Positions 30,772 to 43,837 of a stretch of DNA of 64,000 bases are shown piece after piece. Both the position numbers and the translations under genes were made by a program. The notes below the pieces were generated by a model that saw only the letters and a list, made by a program, of their open reading frames with translations, did not search any database and had not been told where the DNA came from. The stretch lies in the NCBI GenBank assembly GCA_965240325.2, contig OZ251229.1, positions 2,480,001 to 2,544,000 on the forward strand, in the 5' to 3' direction. Every line of letters starts with the position of its first letter. Position 1 is the stretch's first letter. The DNA is from Rebecca billardiae RCC1528. Its lineage: Eukaryota > Protista > Haptophyta.

Positions 30772-33478
30772 TCATCGGAGCGACGGCCGGGCACTCCGAG
30801 GCGGCTGCTCGTCGAGCGCGGCGCGCACCGTCTGGGCACGCCTGCTCGGGCTCAGCGTCGCGCTCGCCGCACCGAGCACGCGCTTCCCGCCGCGGAGGAG
30901 CGGCGAGCCGGTGGGCGTCGAGAGGCTGAAGCGCGCCGATCCGCGCGCGCATCGCGCGCCGCTGGCGCTGCCCTCGATCTCGTCGGCGCGCGCCTCGGGC
31001 GCGACGCGCATGCGCGCGCCGGCCGTGGTCGGCTCGCGCGCGACGTACCCGCGCCACGCCGCCTGCACGTACGACGCCGCGTAGAACGTGGAGACCTCGC
31101 CGCACGCCGGCCGGTCGCGGTTGAGCGCCGAGAGCGACGGGAAGGCGCGCTCGGCGCGGTCGGCGATGTACTTGCGCTCGCCCTTCTCGCCAAGGTCGAC
31201 GCCGTACCTGCGCCTGGCGCACGCGTACAGCACCGCGTGCATGTGCACGACGCCGCCGTGGTCGGGCACGCGCAGGTCGCGCACGTGCGCGAGCACGTCC
31301 GCGCGGTTCATCTCGGTGCCGAGCAGCCCGAGCGGCGGCGGCACGGTCATGAGCAGCGAGGCGAGGTGGCGCGAGTGCATGGTGTAGCTCGGCGCCGTGC
31401 CGTCGCGCAGGTCGAACTCCGCCCACGCCTCGACGAACTGCCGCAGGTGCATCGGCGTGATCGGCGCCTCGTACTCCTCGGTCACGTCCTCGAAGTTCTC
31501 GAGGATCACCGCGATGAAGAGGTTGAGCATGAACACCGTGCACAGGATGTAGTACGAGGCGAAGTAGACGATGGCGAGCGCGGGCGAGACGCGGTAGCAG
31601 TCGTGCATCAGCCCGTTCCAGCTCTCGCCCGTCGCGCAGCGGAACAGCGTGAGCAGCGCGAGCCCGAACGACTCGAAGTTCGCCCACTCGTTGATGAACT
31701 CGTAGTCGGTCGTGTCGGCCGAGAGCAGCTGCGGCACGGAGCCGCGCACGCCGTGGAAGAGCTGCACGCCAAAGATGGCGTACACGCAGATGAGCAGCAG
31801 CAGCAGCGAGCCCACGTTCACCAGCGCCGGCGCCGAGAGGAAGAGCGTCTTGAACAGCTTCGTCAGCTTGCGGAACTGACGGAGCTGCGCGGCGCGGGCG
31901 CGCGCGCGCGCGCGCGCGAGCGAGGGGAGCGGCCGGGGGGCGGACGCGCGGCGGCGGCGGTGGCGGCGCGCGGCGCGAGCGATGGAGGCTGAGCCGAGCG
32001 CGTGCGCGCGGCCGGCAGCACCCCCGCCAGCCCGCCTCGCCCCTCGCCCGGCGCGCGCGCGCGCGCGCGCGCGCGCCGCACCAGCCGGAGCAGCCGCGCG
32101 ACACGGAAGATCCTGAAGACGCGGATCAGCACCGGGCTGAGCGCCAGGTTGTCGACCGCCGCCGCGTCGAGCAGCGCGTCGGCAATCGACACGAGCACGA
32201 GCGCCAAGTCGAAGCGGTTCCACCGGTCGGAGAGGTAGTCGCGCACGCCGTACGCGCCGGCCTTGAGCAGCGCCTCGAGGAGGAAGAGCGCCGAGAACGC
32301 GTACCCCGCCCAGTACAGCGCGAGCGAGAGCTCCGCCGGCTGCTCGAGGTGCACGACCGCGAGCGCGAGCGCGTTGAGCGCGATGCAGCACGCGACGCCC
32401 ACCTCGAACGGCCGGCCCTCGACGAGCGTGAAGAGCGCGGAGCGCACGGCGGAGACGGGGCGGAGCATGCGCGCGGGCACGCGCAGCGCGAGCATCATGT
32501 GGTTCATCTCGACCCACTCGCGCTGCTCCGCGGTGAGCAGCACCGAGCCCGTCGCCTCGCCCTTGATCTTGTTGAACTGCTCGATCACCACGCCCACGAA
32601 CAGGTTGAGCATGAAGAACGCGCCGACCACGATCCACGTGATCGAGAAGATGGCGGCGGGCGGGTTGACGTCGCGGCTCGGGCCGACGTCGACGGCGTGC
32701 GGCGAGGCGTCGATCGTCGCGAACATCGCGTCGGGCCACATCTCGAGCGTCGTCATCTCGAAGAGCAGCAGCGTCGAGTTGCCGATGAAGTCGAAGTTGC
32801 CCACGGCCGGGTTGGACCACACGCGCGGCTCGCGCGCGCCGCGCGCGCCAAACTCGCCGACGCACGCGTCGCGCTCGTGCACGCTCGGGTCGGAGCACGC
32901 GCCGAGGCGGCCGGCAAAGAGCTGCACGCCGAGGATGCCGAAGACGAGCAGGAAGAGCAGGAAGATCAGCGTCACGTTCGACACGGCCGGCACCGAGCGC
33001 CACAGCACGTCGATCACCACCTTCATGCCCGGGTTGCGCGAGATGAGCCGCAGCGGCCGGAGCGCGCGCAGCGCGCGCAGCGCGCGCAGCATGCTCAGCT
33101 CGTTGGAGCCGTCGACCGCGAGCTCGGAGAGCGCGAGGCCGACGATCGAGACGGCGACGACGAAGAAGTCGAGGCAGTTCGCCGCGTCCTTCAGGTACGC
33201 CCTGCGCGTGAGCAGGAAGCCGTGCGCCACCACCTTGAGGCCCATCTCGACGCTGAAGAGGGCCGTCAGGAGAATGTCAAGGACGAGCAGCGCGCGCTGC
33301 CGCGTCGGGTCGAGCTCGAGCGGCGAGTCGAGTACGAGCGCGACGGACGAGACGACGATCAGCACCATCACCACCTGCTCGAAGCGCGCGTGCCGCACGA
33401 CGCGCGTCGCGACCACCCGCACCGGGTGCGTGGGGCCGAAGAGCAGCAGAGTCCGCTCTTGCTCCGCCGCCGCCTCCT

Positions 33479-33515
<37 letters not shown>

Positions 33516-36388
33516 TGACGGGCTGGACTCCGTCGAGGCGGGCCGGTCCGGCGGCGCGGGCGAGGCGGCATCCGCGGCGCCGGCACTGCGCGGCGGCGTG
33601 GCGGGGACGAGGGCGCCGCCGCCTGCCGCGGCCGGCGTGGCGCTCGCAGCGGGTGCGCCCTCGGCGGGCGGCGCGCGGCTCGCGCCGCCGCGCGCGTCCG
33701 CGCCGCTCGCGCGCGGCGCGGCCATTCGGCGCTCTGAGGCGCGCTGCGTCCGCTGCAGCGAGCGGAGCAGGCGGCTCTCGGTGCCCGTGGTCGAGCGGCG
33801 GAACAGCCCGCGTCTTCGCCGCGCCCCGGCCGCCGCGGGCGCAGCCGCGGGCGCGGACGCCTCGGGCGCGCCCGCGCGGCCGGCCGGTTGGCGCGGCGGC
33901 GGCGGCGCGTCGGCCGCCGGCTGCGCGTCTCGCGACGGCACGCGCCTGCCTGCCGAGTTGCCAAACGTGCCCTTCACGCTGGCGAGCATGCGCCGCGTGT
34001 ACTCCTGCTTGCTCGCCTCCGTCTGCGCCTCCTCCGTCGACTCGAAGTTGGAGAGCAGGATCGCGACGAACAGGTTGATCAGCACGAAGTTGCCCACGAC
34101 CACGAGCGCGAGGAAGTACACGTACGCGGGCGAGGTCGGGCGCGCGCTCGCCTGCAGCGCGCCGATCGTGTCGAAGAACACTTCGTTCCAGTTCTCGCCT
34201 GCCGCGCGGCTCGGCGCGCGCGCGTGTGAGCGCGAGCGAGCGCGCGCGCGAGCGCTTCCCGGCGAGCCCGCCCGCGCCGAGCGCGACCACGGCCCGCCCG
34301 GCCGCGCGCATCCAGACGGCGCGGTCGCGGCGCGGGCGCGGCGAGCGCGCGGCGCGGGCGCGCACCGGAGATGACGACAAAGATGGTGATCATGGACCAC
34401 GCGAGGCTGTTGAAGTTGGTGTGCGGCGTCTCGGCGAGGACCGCGGGCACGCGCGGGTCGCCGTGGATCGTGCCGAACATCTGCATGCCGAGCAGCGCGA
34501 AGATGAACATGATGAGCAGCAGGATGCCCGCCAGATAGGCGATCGAGTTCAGACTGTCTAGGACGGTCTGCAGCACGAGCTGCAGGCCCGTCCACGAGCG
34601 CGCGAGCTTGAAGACGCGCATCAGGCGGAAGGTGCGCAGGACGGAGAGCTTGCCCGGCGTCTGCACCGCCGACTGCGCCAGCACGATCTCGACGAGCGAC
34701 ACCGCGACCACCACCGCGTCGAAGATGTTGAACCGGTCGGCCACGTACCGCGCGACGCCGAGCCCGGCCAGCTTGAGCAGCAGCTCGAGGCCAAACAGCC
34801 CGGTCAGCACGTAGTTGGCGAGCTCGAGGGCGCGGGCGAGGTCGGCGGGCATGCCGTGGTACTCGCACGCCATCAGCACCGTGTTCACCACGATCAGCGC
34901 CGTCACCGCCTGCGTGAACCGCGCGCTCGAGATGACGGCGTGCGCGGCGTTGTGCGGCGCGGCCGCGGCGGCGGCGGCGCGCGCCGCCTCTTGCGCCGCC
35001 TCGCGCGCCGCCGCCGCCTCCTGCTCGGGCGAGACGCTCTTGCGCGTGTTCTCGAAGGAGAGGAAGATGACGGCAAGGAAGAGGTTGACCACGAAGAACG
35101 CGAGGAAGCCCACGAGCACCACCATGAAGAGCACGCCGCCCGCGTCCGAGTGCCCCGCCATGAGCATGTACGTCGTGTCCACCCACCCCTCGAGCGTGAG
35201 CGCCTGGAAGATGTTGTACACGGCCGCGCCGATGTTGTCGAAGTGGGTGACGCCGTGGTTCGGGTTGTACGGCGGCGCGAGCGCCTGGCGGCAGAGCTGG
35301 CCCGCCGGGCACCGGTAGTGCGCGGTCAGCGCCTCCGGGCACACCACCGGCGCCGAGCGCCACGCGTGCGCGTTGACGCCGCAGTAGCACACCGCCGCGT
35401 CGTCGACCGGCTCGGCCGCGGACGCCGACTCGTAGCACCGGTACCGCAGCGAGCCCATGAAGAGCTGCACGCCGACGACGCCGAAGAGCGAGAGCGCGAA
35501 GAGGAAGAGGAGCACCACGTTCGCCATCATCGGCACCGCGTCGATCAGTGACTGCACGATCACGCGCATCCCGCGGATGCGCGTGATGGTGCGCAGCGGG
35601 CGGAACACGCGGATCGAGCGCACCGCCGACACGTTCTCAAACTGCGGCAGCAGCGCGAGCCAGCCGAAGACGACGACGGCGAAGTCGATCCAGTTCCACC
35701 CGTCGCGCAGGAAGGCGCCCTGCGGCAGCAGGATCCCCATCGCCAGCACCTTCATCACCATCTCCGCCGTGAAGAGGATCTGGAACGCGAGCTCGAGCGG
35801 CTGCGCCCACGGCAGCGGCTCCGTCCACGGCTGCTGCAGCGCGAGGAAGAGACAGTTGACGCAGATGAGCGCGAGGACGACGCGGTCGAACCAGGGGAGC
35901 TCGATCAGCGCGATGATCGCGCGGCGCACCGGGTTGTGCGGCGCGAGGCACAGCAGCACTCGCCCGTGGTACGAGCGCAGCCGCGTGGTGTACGGCTCGA
36001 CGCCGGCCCAGTCGGCGGCCGGCTCGCCGTCCGAGCGCGAGCCGCGCGAGGAGCGGACGAGGCTGCTCAGGCCGAACGAAGGCGTGCGCCGGCGGTCGGT
36101 GACCGCGGATCCGACTGGCACGGGCATCCCCGTGAAGCTCGACGCCCTCGACGGCGGGCTGCGCGCCGTCGACGAGGTCCGCACGAGCCGGAGGATCGGG
36201 AGCGCCTTACGGCTGATCCGCCCCCAGCTCGTGTGGCCCCGCTCGGCGAGCACGGCGGGCTCGGCGGAGGCTGGCGGCGCCTCTGGCAGAGGCAGCACGT
36301 TGCCATCCTCGTCGAGCTGGTGCACGCGGCGCGAGCTCGGGGAGCCTCCTAGACGTAATGGCCTTGGCGGGTTGCTGGCGGTCGCCAT
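30772..36388 (-). CDS. Four-domain voltage-gated Ca2+ channel alpha subunit (EEEE filter); introns 34199-34365 and 31885-32081
   Basis: Four 6-TM repeats with S4 arginine arrays (RSIRVFRPLR, RTFRLMRVFK, RALRALRALRPLR, RVFRIFRVARLLR). Pore loops TLEGW, SGENW (joined across an intron), TLEMW and TGESW. C-terminal EF-like region and IQ motif (VQAAWRGY). Confidence 0.93.
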
Positions 36389-36748
36389 CCTAACGACTAC
36401 CGCCGCGCGCGCGCCCCTCTGTCGGTCCGGGTCCACCCCGGACTGTCTTCGTGAGGCCGAGACGCAGAGACGCAACCGCTCGCCAGCTGCGGCAACGGAC
36501 TGACAACAATCTCACTCGGTCCGGGTCTCGTCGAGTCTCCGCGCGCCTTTTGCACGGCGTTGCTCTCGCGTAACGTCGCGTATTCGCTCGCCGGGACACC
36601 GTTAGAAAAGTTGTTTCGCGTCCCTTTGCCCTTGATCATGAGCTGCTCTCACTGAGCTACCAGGGCCGTGAGCTGCCAGGGAGTGCTCGTCGGCTGCAGC
36701 GCGGCGGCGTCTCGAGCGCGCGGAGGAGGCGCCTCGCGCGGGGGGAGG

Positions 36749-39700
36749 ATGCCGCTCCCTTCGGAGGACGAGACCGCCCAGATGGTGTACGTGGATGACG
36801 ACGTGTACGCCAGCGTCCACCACGAGCGGCGGCGCTCCATCTCGCAGAGCCTCGCCAAGCTCATGTCGGCGAAGAACAATGCGATCCGCGAGGTGGCGTC
36901 GCTCGCGATCGCGAGCCAGATCGAGGTGGACTGGAAGATGCGGCAGGTCTTCCAGGACGATAACGACCTGGTGAACGCGGTGGTGTACAACCTCCGCGCG
37001 CCCGAGGACGAGATCCGCCTCAACTGCGTCAAGTCGTTTGCGTCGCTCGCGCGCAACAAGGCGGTGGCGAGCGCGCACGCGCCCAAGGCGCTGCCGCCGC
37101 TGTGCACGATGCTGCAGGAGCGGCCGGGCACGGCGCCGGCGGCGGTGCGCGCGGAGGCGCACGCCGAGCCGTCGGCCGCCGCGCCCGCGCCCGCCTCGGT
37201 GCAGGAGCAGGCCGCCCTCGCCATCTCGACCGCGCTGCAGTTTGAAGCGCCGCAGGGCGCGCTCAAGCCCAAGCACGCGCGCCGCATCATCGAGCTGATC
37301 GGCAGCGGGACGGGGGCGGCGCGGATCTCGGCGGTCGAGTCGGTGGAGGAGGTAGCGCGCCACCTGCCCATGCGCAAGTTCATGGCGCAGCGCACCGACG
37401 CCGTCGACGAGCTCGTGCACATGTACGGCGCGGCCGAGGACGGCTCGAGCGCGAGCGAGCAGTCGTTCCGCGCGCTGCTGCGGATCGGCGAAGACGCGCT
37501 GCCGCAGATCGTGGAGATGCTGCTCGGCAAGATGGAGGAGAGCCTGTCGGGCGAGGACTTCTCCGTCACGATGCGCCTCATCACGCGCGTCGCGCAGCTC
37601 CTCCCGCGCCTCGTCCGCGAGAAGCCGGAGCTGGCGGCGCAGATGGCAAGCCTGCAGCCGGCCGCGTTTGTGTGCGAGAAGATGCTGCACGCGGCCGACC
37701 GGCCGCAGCGCGTGGCGGCGGTGCAGCTGCTCGACCTGCTCGGGCCGCGGATGCTGGACAAGATGGCGCGCGCGCCGGCGATCACCACCGTCACCAAGCT
37801 GCTCACCGACGGCTGGGACACGGGCGCGTCCGCGCGCGTGCTCGCCGTCCTCGTCGACCCGATCGAGTCGGCCGCGCCCGTCCTGCGCGCGTTCGTCAAC
37901 GCGACCAAGCCGGGCGTGCCGATCTCGCCGGGCGTGCGGCGGGCGGTGGTCGAGGTGCTGCTCGGCGCGGTGCGCAACGAGGGCGACCGCGCGTGCCGCG
38001 CCATCGCCACGCAGCCCGGCCTGCTCACCTGCATCGTCGCGTCGATCTCGGCGCGCGCGGACGTGGACACCACGTCGCTCGCGCTCGGCCTCGTGCAGGC
38101 GCTCGGCGAGTCGGACGCGCAGAACATCGGCGAGATGCTGATGCTCAGGTCGCCGCCGGGCGGGCTGCTCACGCCGCTCGTGCACCTGCTCGAGCACTTC
38201 CGCGGGCTCCGCGCCGACACCAAGTTCGCGTACACGCCGGCGGTCGGCGCCGACCCGCGCCGCCTGGATGACGCTCGCGGCCGGCACGCTAAGCTGGAGG
38301 CGCACGTGGCGGTGACGCTGCAGGCGGTGGAGATGATCGAGGGCGCGATGGGCGCGATGTCCGAGGCGCAGCGCATGTCGATCTGCGAGTCCCTCCCGCC
38401 GCTCCTCGCCGAGCTCGTGTACACGCCCATCCTCGCGATCCAGGCGACAGGCACCCGCTGCCTAGCTGCACTCACGGCGCTTCCCGGAAACCTCTACCAC
38501 CTGCTGAAGGAGCCGAAGGAGGAGAAGAAGGCCAAGGGGCTGAAGGGGGCGAAGGGGGCGCAGAAGGGGGCGGGGCCGCCCGAGCCCAAGCCGGGCAAGG
38601 TGCGCATCCCCGGCACCATCGACTCGCCGGGCACGGTCGTCGCGCTCAGCGCGCTCGCCGAGATCCTGTGCGCGGCGCACGGCGCGCTGATTGCGCTGCG
38701 CAAGCGCGACTTGGAGGAGAAGGCGGCGCGGATCGAGGAGGCGAAGGAGAAGCGGCGGCTGGCGCGCGTGCGCGCGCGCGCGGTCGCGCTGGGCCTCGCG
38801 CCGCCCGCCCCCGTGCGCGCGTCCACCGCGCCCGCGGGCGCGCTGCGCCCCGGCCGGCGGCCGAGCGTCGGCTCGGAGCGAGCGGGCGCGGGCGGCGCGC
38901 AGCAGGGCGAATCGTTCAGCTCCAAGGGCGGGGGGCGGGCGGGCGGGGCGAGGGTGACGCTCACCGCCGAGGCGCTCGAGGGCCTGGGCTCCGGCGCCGA
39001 GCGCGCGCAGGCCGCCGTGCACACGCTCGGCAAGAAGCCCAAGAAGGCGCGCGCACCCAAGCCCAAGGCAGGCAGGCCGGGCGAGCGCGGCGGCGCGCGC
39101 AAGGGCGGCAAGGGCGGCGCGCCCAAGCCTCCGGCGGACGACCTGGACGGGCTGCCGATGCTCGAGCGGCGGGACTCGAGCAGCTCGATCGCGTCGACCG
39201 CGGTCGCCAGCGTCTGGGGCGCCGTCTCCGAGGCCGACTCCGCCGCGCGCTCCGAGTACGAGCAGGAGGAGGAGGAGCAGGCGACGCCTCTTCACGACCC
39301 GGTGATTGCGCTTGGCGCCGAGATCGGCGAGCCTCAGAACCGGCTGCTTGCGCTCAAGGTGCTCGAGGACGCGTGCACGGCGTTCAACGACGTGTGCCGG
39401 CGCGAGATCGGGCGGGACTTCTGCGCGCTCCGCCTCCACCTGCCGCACATGCTCGCGCGCGTGTACATGGGCGAGCACTCGCAGCGCTGCCGCGAGGAGT
39501 GCGCCGCTTCGCTCGTCAACCTCGCGGCCGTGCCGTCTGGGCATGTGCGCTTCGCCGCCAGCTCGGTGCTGCAGGGCGTGACGGCGACGATGCTGCGCGA
39601 GGCGAACGAGCACCAGCGCGAGCGCGCGATCGTGCTGATCCGCAACCTCGCCAAGCAGTCCACGCGCGCGTGCGAGGCGCTCGCCAGCTTCCCCGAGGTG

Positions 39701-41690
39701 CTGAAGGGACTTGCGCGCCAGCTGCTCGCGCCCGAGACAACGATCATGCACGCGGCGGTCGCGGCGCATGCGCTGCTGCTGCGCGCGCCCGCCGTCGCGT
39801 CGAGCGTGCTCGAGGCGTGCGGCAAGGAGGCGCTGGAGGGGCTGGTCGTCGCGACCGAGTCGAACAAGCCCGCCGTGCGCCACGACGCCGTCTACTCCAT
39901 CTCCAGGCTGCTCTCCGGCGGCGGCGACGAGCGGCTGCGCATGCCGCTCGCCATCCAGCACGGCCGCACGCAGACGCACCTCGGCGCCGCGCTGCTCAAG
40001 ACGGACGTGCGCGGGAACAAGTCGGTGCTGCAGGCGCTGCAGCGGCTGGCGGAGGGGGTCGGGCTCGCGCGGCACTCGCCGCTCGTCACCGGCGCCGTCG
40101 AGGCGCTCTCCGAGCTCGCCGTCCTCCACCCCGTCGAGCTCGACCTCGTCGCGCTCGACCAGGCGAAGCAGCAGAAACACGGGCCGAGGCGCAAGGGGCG
40201 CATCACCACGTACTCGCTCAAGGAGATCTCGCGCAAGGAGGAGAAGGGGAAGGTGGTGGGGCCGGCGGCGGCGAGCGCGGCCGCGGCGAGCGCGCCGCCG
40301 GGCGCGCGCGCGCCGCCGAGCAGCGCGGCGTCGCGCAAGCTCTCGCTCGTCTCGGAAGAGGACGGCGGCGGCGGCGGCGCGAGTGCCGGGCCTGAGGGCT
40401 CGTTCGGGAAGCGACGATCGATGCGCACCGCCGAGCCGCTGCGCTCGTCGTGGGGCTCGGTGCGCAGCGCGTCGCGGGTCGCGGGCAGCGCGTCGGTGCG
40501 CTCGATGTCCGCCGAGAGCACGCGCGCGCTCGGCCACGCCTCCTCCGACGGCATGCCCCGCCTCTTCAAGGCGCCGCGCCGCGAGACGCTCGCGCAATCG
40601 CGCGGGGAGTACATGCGGCGCGTCGTGTGCGCCGAGATCGCGCTCATCGTGGGCAAGGCGCCCGGCGGCGGCCCGCTCAAGGCGCTGCTCAACACGCTGG
40701 ACGGGGACGACGACACGACGCGGGTGCGCGCGCCGCACCGCCCGCGCCATCCGCGCGCCGCGCGCCGCGCCGCGCCGAAGCGCGCTCGCGCTCACCCTCG
40801 CACCGCCGCCGGCTCTGCGCGCCCGTGCGTCGGCGTCGCGGCCGCGCGCCGCCGCCCGCGCAGACGGACGCGGCGATGAGCCTGGCGGACCTGGCGGTGC
40901 ACAAGCACAACGCGCAGAAGCTGGGATCCCCGCAGATCCTCGCCATCTTCGAGCGCGCGCTCGTGCACATGGAGCAGCGCGGCGGGCCGCACTACCTGCT
41001 CCGCGCCGCCATGTTCCGAATGTTTGCAAACATGGCGGCCGCACACCCGATGGACGACCTCGCGCGCATGCTCAGCCGCTACCTGCCCAGGCTCGTCGAG
41101 TACTGGAACGCGGACTACCAGCCGCTGCGGGTGCGCGCGCGCACGCCGGCTGCTTCGCGCGCCGCGAGCGCCCGCGCAGCCCGGGCGCCCCGCGCGGAGG
41201 TCCGGCGCAGCTGCACGCGGCCGAGCCGCCCGACTCATCCGCGCGGCTCCGGCGCGCGCGACTGCGCGCCGAGCAGAGCAACGCGCTGCACGCCTTCGCC
41301 AACATCTGCTCGATCAACAAGCACCTGGTGCAGAGCACGATCGCCGCGGCGACGGACTGGCACCTCCACCTCGCGATGGTGTTCGAGTCCGCCGTCGACG
41401 ACCCGCTCGACCCGACGCTCAGCGTGATGATGGACGGCGCATGCAAGGTGCTCACGGCGCTCATCACCAACTCGGAGAACCTGGAGTACTTCTCCAAGAA
41501 CACGCTCATCGTGACGATGCTGCTGCAGTTCATGTGCGCGGACCCGTTGCGCTCGCGCAAGGAGGCGGCGTGGGCCATCGCCGGGCTGTGCCCGCTCTCC
41601 TCCACCGGCGTGCTCGTCGTCGGCGGGGCAGCCGCGCGCACGGTCGGGCGGTACAACGACCAGCAGAAAAACGTGCTGCGTATCGGCTGA
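36749..41690 (+). CDS. Large armadillo/HEAT-repeat protein; introns 40724-40863 and 41131-41276
   Basis: Helical ARM-like repeats (AASLVNLA, AIVLIRNLA, AVYSISRL, KEAAWAIAGL) separated by Lys-rich linkers. GT..AG introns join three frames. Confidence 0.8.
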
Positions 41691-42098
41691 TGAGGTGCTG
41701 TAGATCGCGCACATGAGAGAGAGAGAGAGGCGGCGAGCGGGCGTCGTCGCAGCGTGCTGAACGTAGTAGTCAGCATATCAGTTGATCATCGAGCCACCGT
41801 GTCCGATGTTACGACCGGCCTCTCTAGAGTCTCTGACGGTCGTGGCGACGTATAACATTGACGATTTAATGATATATATGATGATGAATATTTATAGTAT
41901 GATGCATATCCGATCTATATGATGATCTACCTCGTCCGAGGAGTAGAACAATCTGCTGAGTTTCACTCAGCACGCGCGAGCTTTCATATACCAACACTCG
42001 TTCGATCAAGTCATCTAGTCATACAGTGTCACACATCATCCGATGATGATTCTTATGAATCATCGGATTGCCCCGAGTCCGCGCAGTGCGCTCAACGC

Positions 42099-42716
42099 TT
42101 AGTTGAACGGCACCGGCGAGCCGAGGAGCGAGTTGATGATGTACGGGTTGCCGTCGAGCTTCTCGTGCACCATCAGCGCGAGGATGCCCATCTGCGCCGC
42201 GCGGCCGTTGTTCAGCTCGATCGCGCGCTTCTGGAGCTTGGTCTCCTCGTCGAACGAGTCCCAGCCAAAGTCGAGCGCGCCGTTGCGGAAGTCACCGACG
42301 AACTCGCCATCGCCGAGGTCCTTCATGACCGCGAGCTCGAGGAAGCCAACGAACGCGAAGATCTGCGCGAGGCCCGCCGCCGGCACGACCGAGAGCGCCG
42401 CGAGGCCGTTGGGCACGTCAGCGAACGGCAGGCCGTACGCGAGCTCGCCCGGGAGGCGGATGCCGGCCGACGTCACGACGTGGCCGAGCACGGCGAGCAT
42501 GCAGATGCGGCCGTGCTTGATCTCGACGAAGCGGAGGCGGTCGAAGCGCTCCTGGTCCGCGCCGTCGAGCAGGTTCAGCGGATCGATGAAGCCGAGGGGC
42601 GGCTGCGCGCCGAGCTCCGACTCGAAGCCCATCGACACCGCCGCGCGCGACGCCGACGGCGCGCGCATCGCCGGGCCGTTGAAGGCGAGGGCAGAGACGA
42701 GGATCTGGGCGAACAT
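42099..42716 (-). CDS. Lhcf: Fucoxanthin-chlorophyll a/c binding protein (Lhcf), copy 1
   Basis: GAQPPLGFIDPL, FDRLRFVEIKHGRICMLA and ELNNGRAAQMG; signal MFAQILVSALAF. Confidence 0.95.
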   Translation of the reverse strand: MFAQILVSALAFNGPAMRAPSASRAAVSMGFESELGAQPPLGFIDPLNLLDGADQERFDRLRFVEIKHGRICMLAVLGHVVTSAGIRLPGELAYGLPFADVPNGLAALSVVPAAGLAQIFAFVGFLELAVMKDLGDGEFVGDFRNGALDFGWDSFDEETKLQKRAIELNNGRAAQMGILALMVHEKLDGNPYIINSLLGSPVPFN

Positions 42717-42832
42717 GACGACTGCGGGCGGTGGAGCGAGCGCGCACGCGCACACGCGGTCAGCGCGGGTGCGGGGTGGAGGCGCGCGTGCGGCGCGCGC
42801 GGGTCGACGTTCGGACGCGGTGCGCACCTGAC

Positions 42833-43103
42833 TGAAAGGTTGCCTGAGAGGTGACGTGCGATCGAGCCGCGCCCATTATAATAATAGCAGCTCGTGCTAC
42901 ATCGTACCGTATCATAATTTGGCCCGCCCATAATTAGAGGTGCATCTCCACAAAAGATTCTCTCGCCATAATTTCCACCCTGTTTGGTCCCACAACGGGC
43001 CAATCGCGCGCGGGAGAATCGGCGCGGGCGCCGCATCTTGCAACCGTAAACGTCAAAACTTAAATTAGCGCTGTCGCATTCGCGCCCAACCTTCACTCGT
43101 TCG
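42833..43103. promoter_or_regulatory. Putative bidirectional Lhcf promoter
   Basis: AT-richer spacer between divergent genes; TATAATAA near 42878 and CCAAT near 43000. Confidence 0.5.
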
Positions 43104-43219
43104 GTCAGGTGCGCACCGCGTCCGAACGTCGACCCGCGCGCGCCGCACGCGCGCCTCCACCCCGCACCCGCGCTGACCGCGTGTGCGCGTGCGCGCTCGC
43201 TCCACCGCCCGCAGTCGTC

Positions 43220-43837
43220 ATGTTCGCCCAGATCCTCGTCTCTGCCCTCGCCTTCAACGGCCCGGCGATGCGCGCGCCGTCGGCGTCGCGCGCGGCGGTG
43301 TCGATGGGCTTCGAGTCGGAGCTCGGCGCGCAGCCGCCCCTCGGCTTCATCGATCCGCTGAACCTGCTCGACGGCGCGGACCAGGAGCGCTTCGACCGCC
43401 TCCGCTTCGTCGAGATCAAGCACGGCCGCATCTGCATGCTCGCCGTGCTCGGCCACGTCGTGACGTCGGCCGGCATCCGCCTCCCGGGCGAGCTCGCGTA
43501 CGGCCTGCCGTTCGCTGACGTGCCCAACGGCCTCGCGGCGCTCTCGGTCGTGCCGGCGGCGGGCCTCGCGCAGATCTTCGCGTTCGTTGGCTTCCTCGAG
43601 CTCGCGGTCATGAAGGACCTCGGCGATGGCGAGTTCGTCGGTGACTTCCGCAACGGCGCGCTCGACTTTGGCTGGGACTCGTTCGACGAGGAGACCAAGC
43701 TCCAGAAGCGCGCGATCGAGCTGAACAACGGCCGCGCGGCGCAGATGGGCATCCTCGCGCTGATGGTGCACGAGAAGCTCGACGGCAACCCGTACATCAT
43801 CAACTCGCTCCTCGGCTCGCCGGTGCCGTTCAACTAA
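43220..43837 (+). CDS. Lhcf: Fucoxanthin-chlorophyll a/c binding protein (Lhcf), copy 2
   Basis: Protein identical to copy 1. Probable 5' UTR intron CAG|GTGCGC...CCCGCAG at 43109-43214. Confidence 0.95.
   Translation: MFAQILVSALAFNGPAMRAPSASRAAVSMGFESELGAQPPLGFIDPLNLLDGADQERFDRLRFVEIKHGRICMLAVLGHVVTSAGIRLPGELAYGLPFADVPNGLAALSVVPAAGLAQIFAFVGFLELAVMKDLGDGEFVGDFRNGALDFGWDSFDEETKLQKRAIELNNGRAAQMGILALMVHEKLDGNPYIINSLLGSPVPFN

Noticed and set aside
43109-43219. N-terminal Lhcf extension starting at GTG (also 42717-42827)
   Set aside because: The GTG is an intron donor (CAG|GTGCGC...GCAG); the signal peptide begins at ATG 43220 / 42716.
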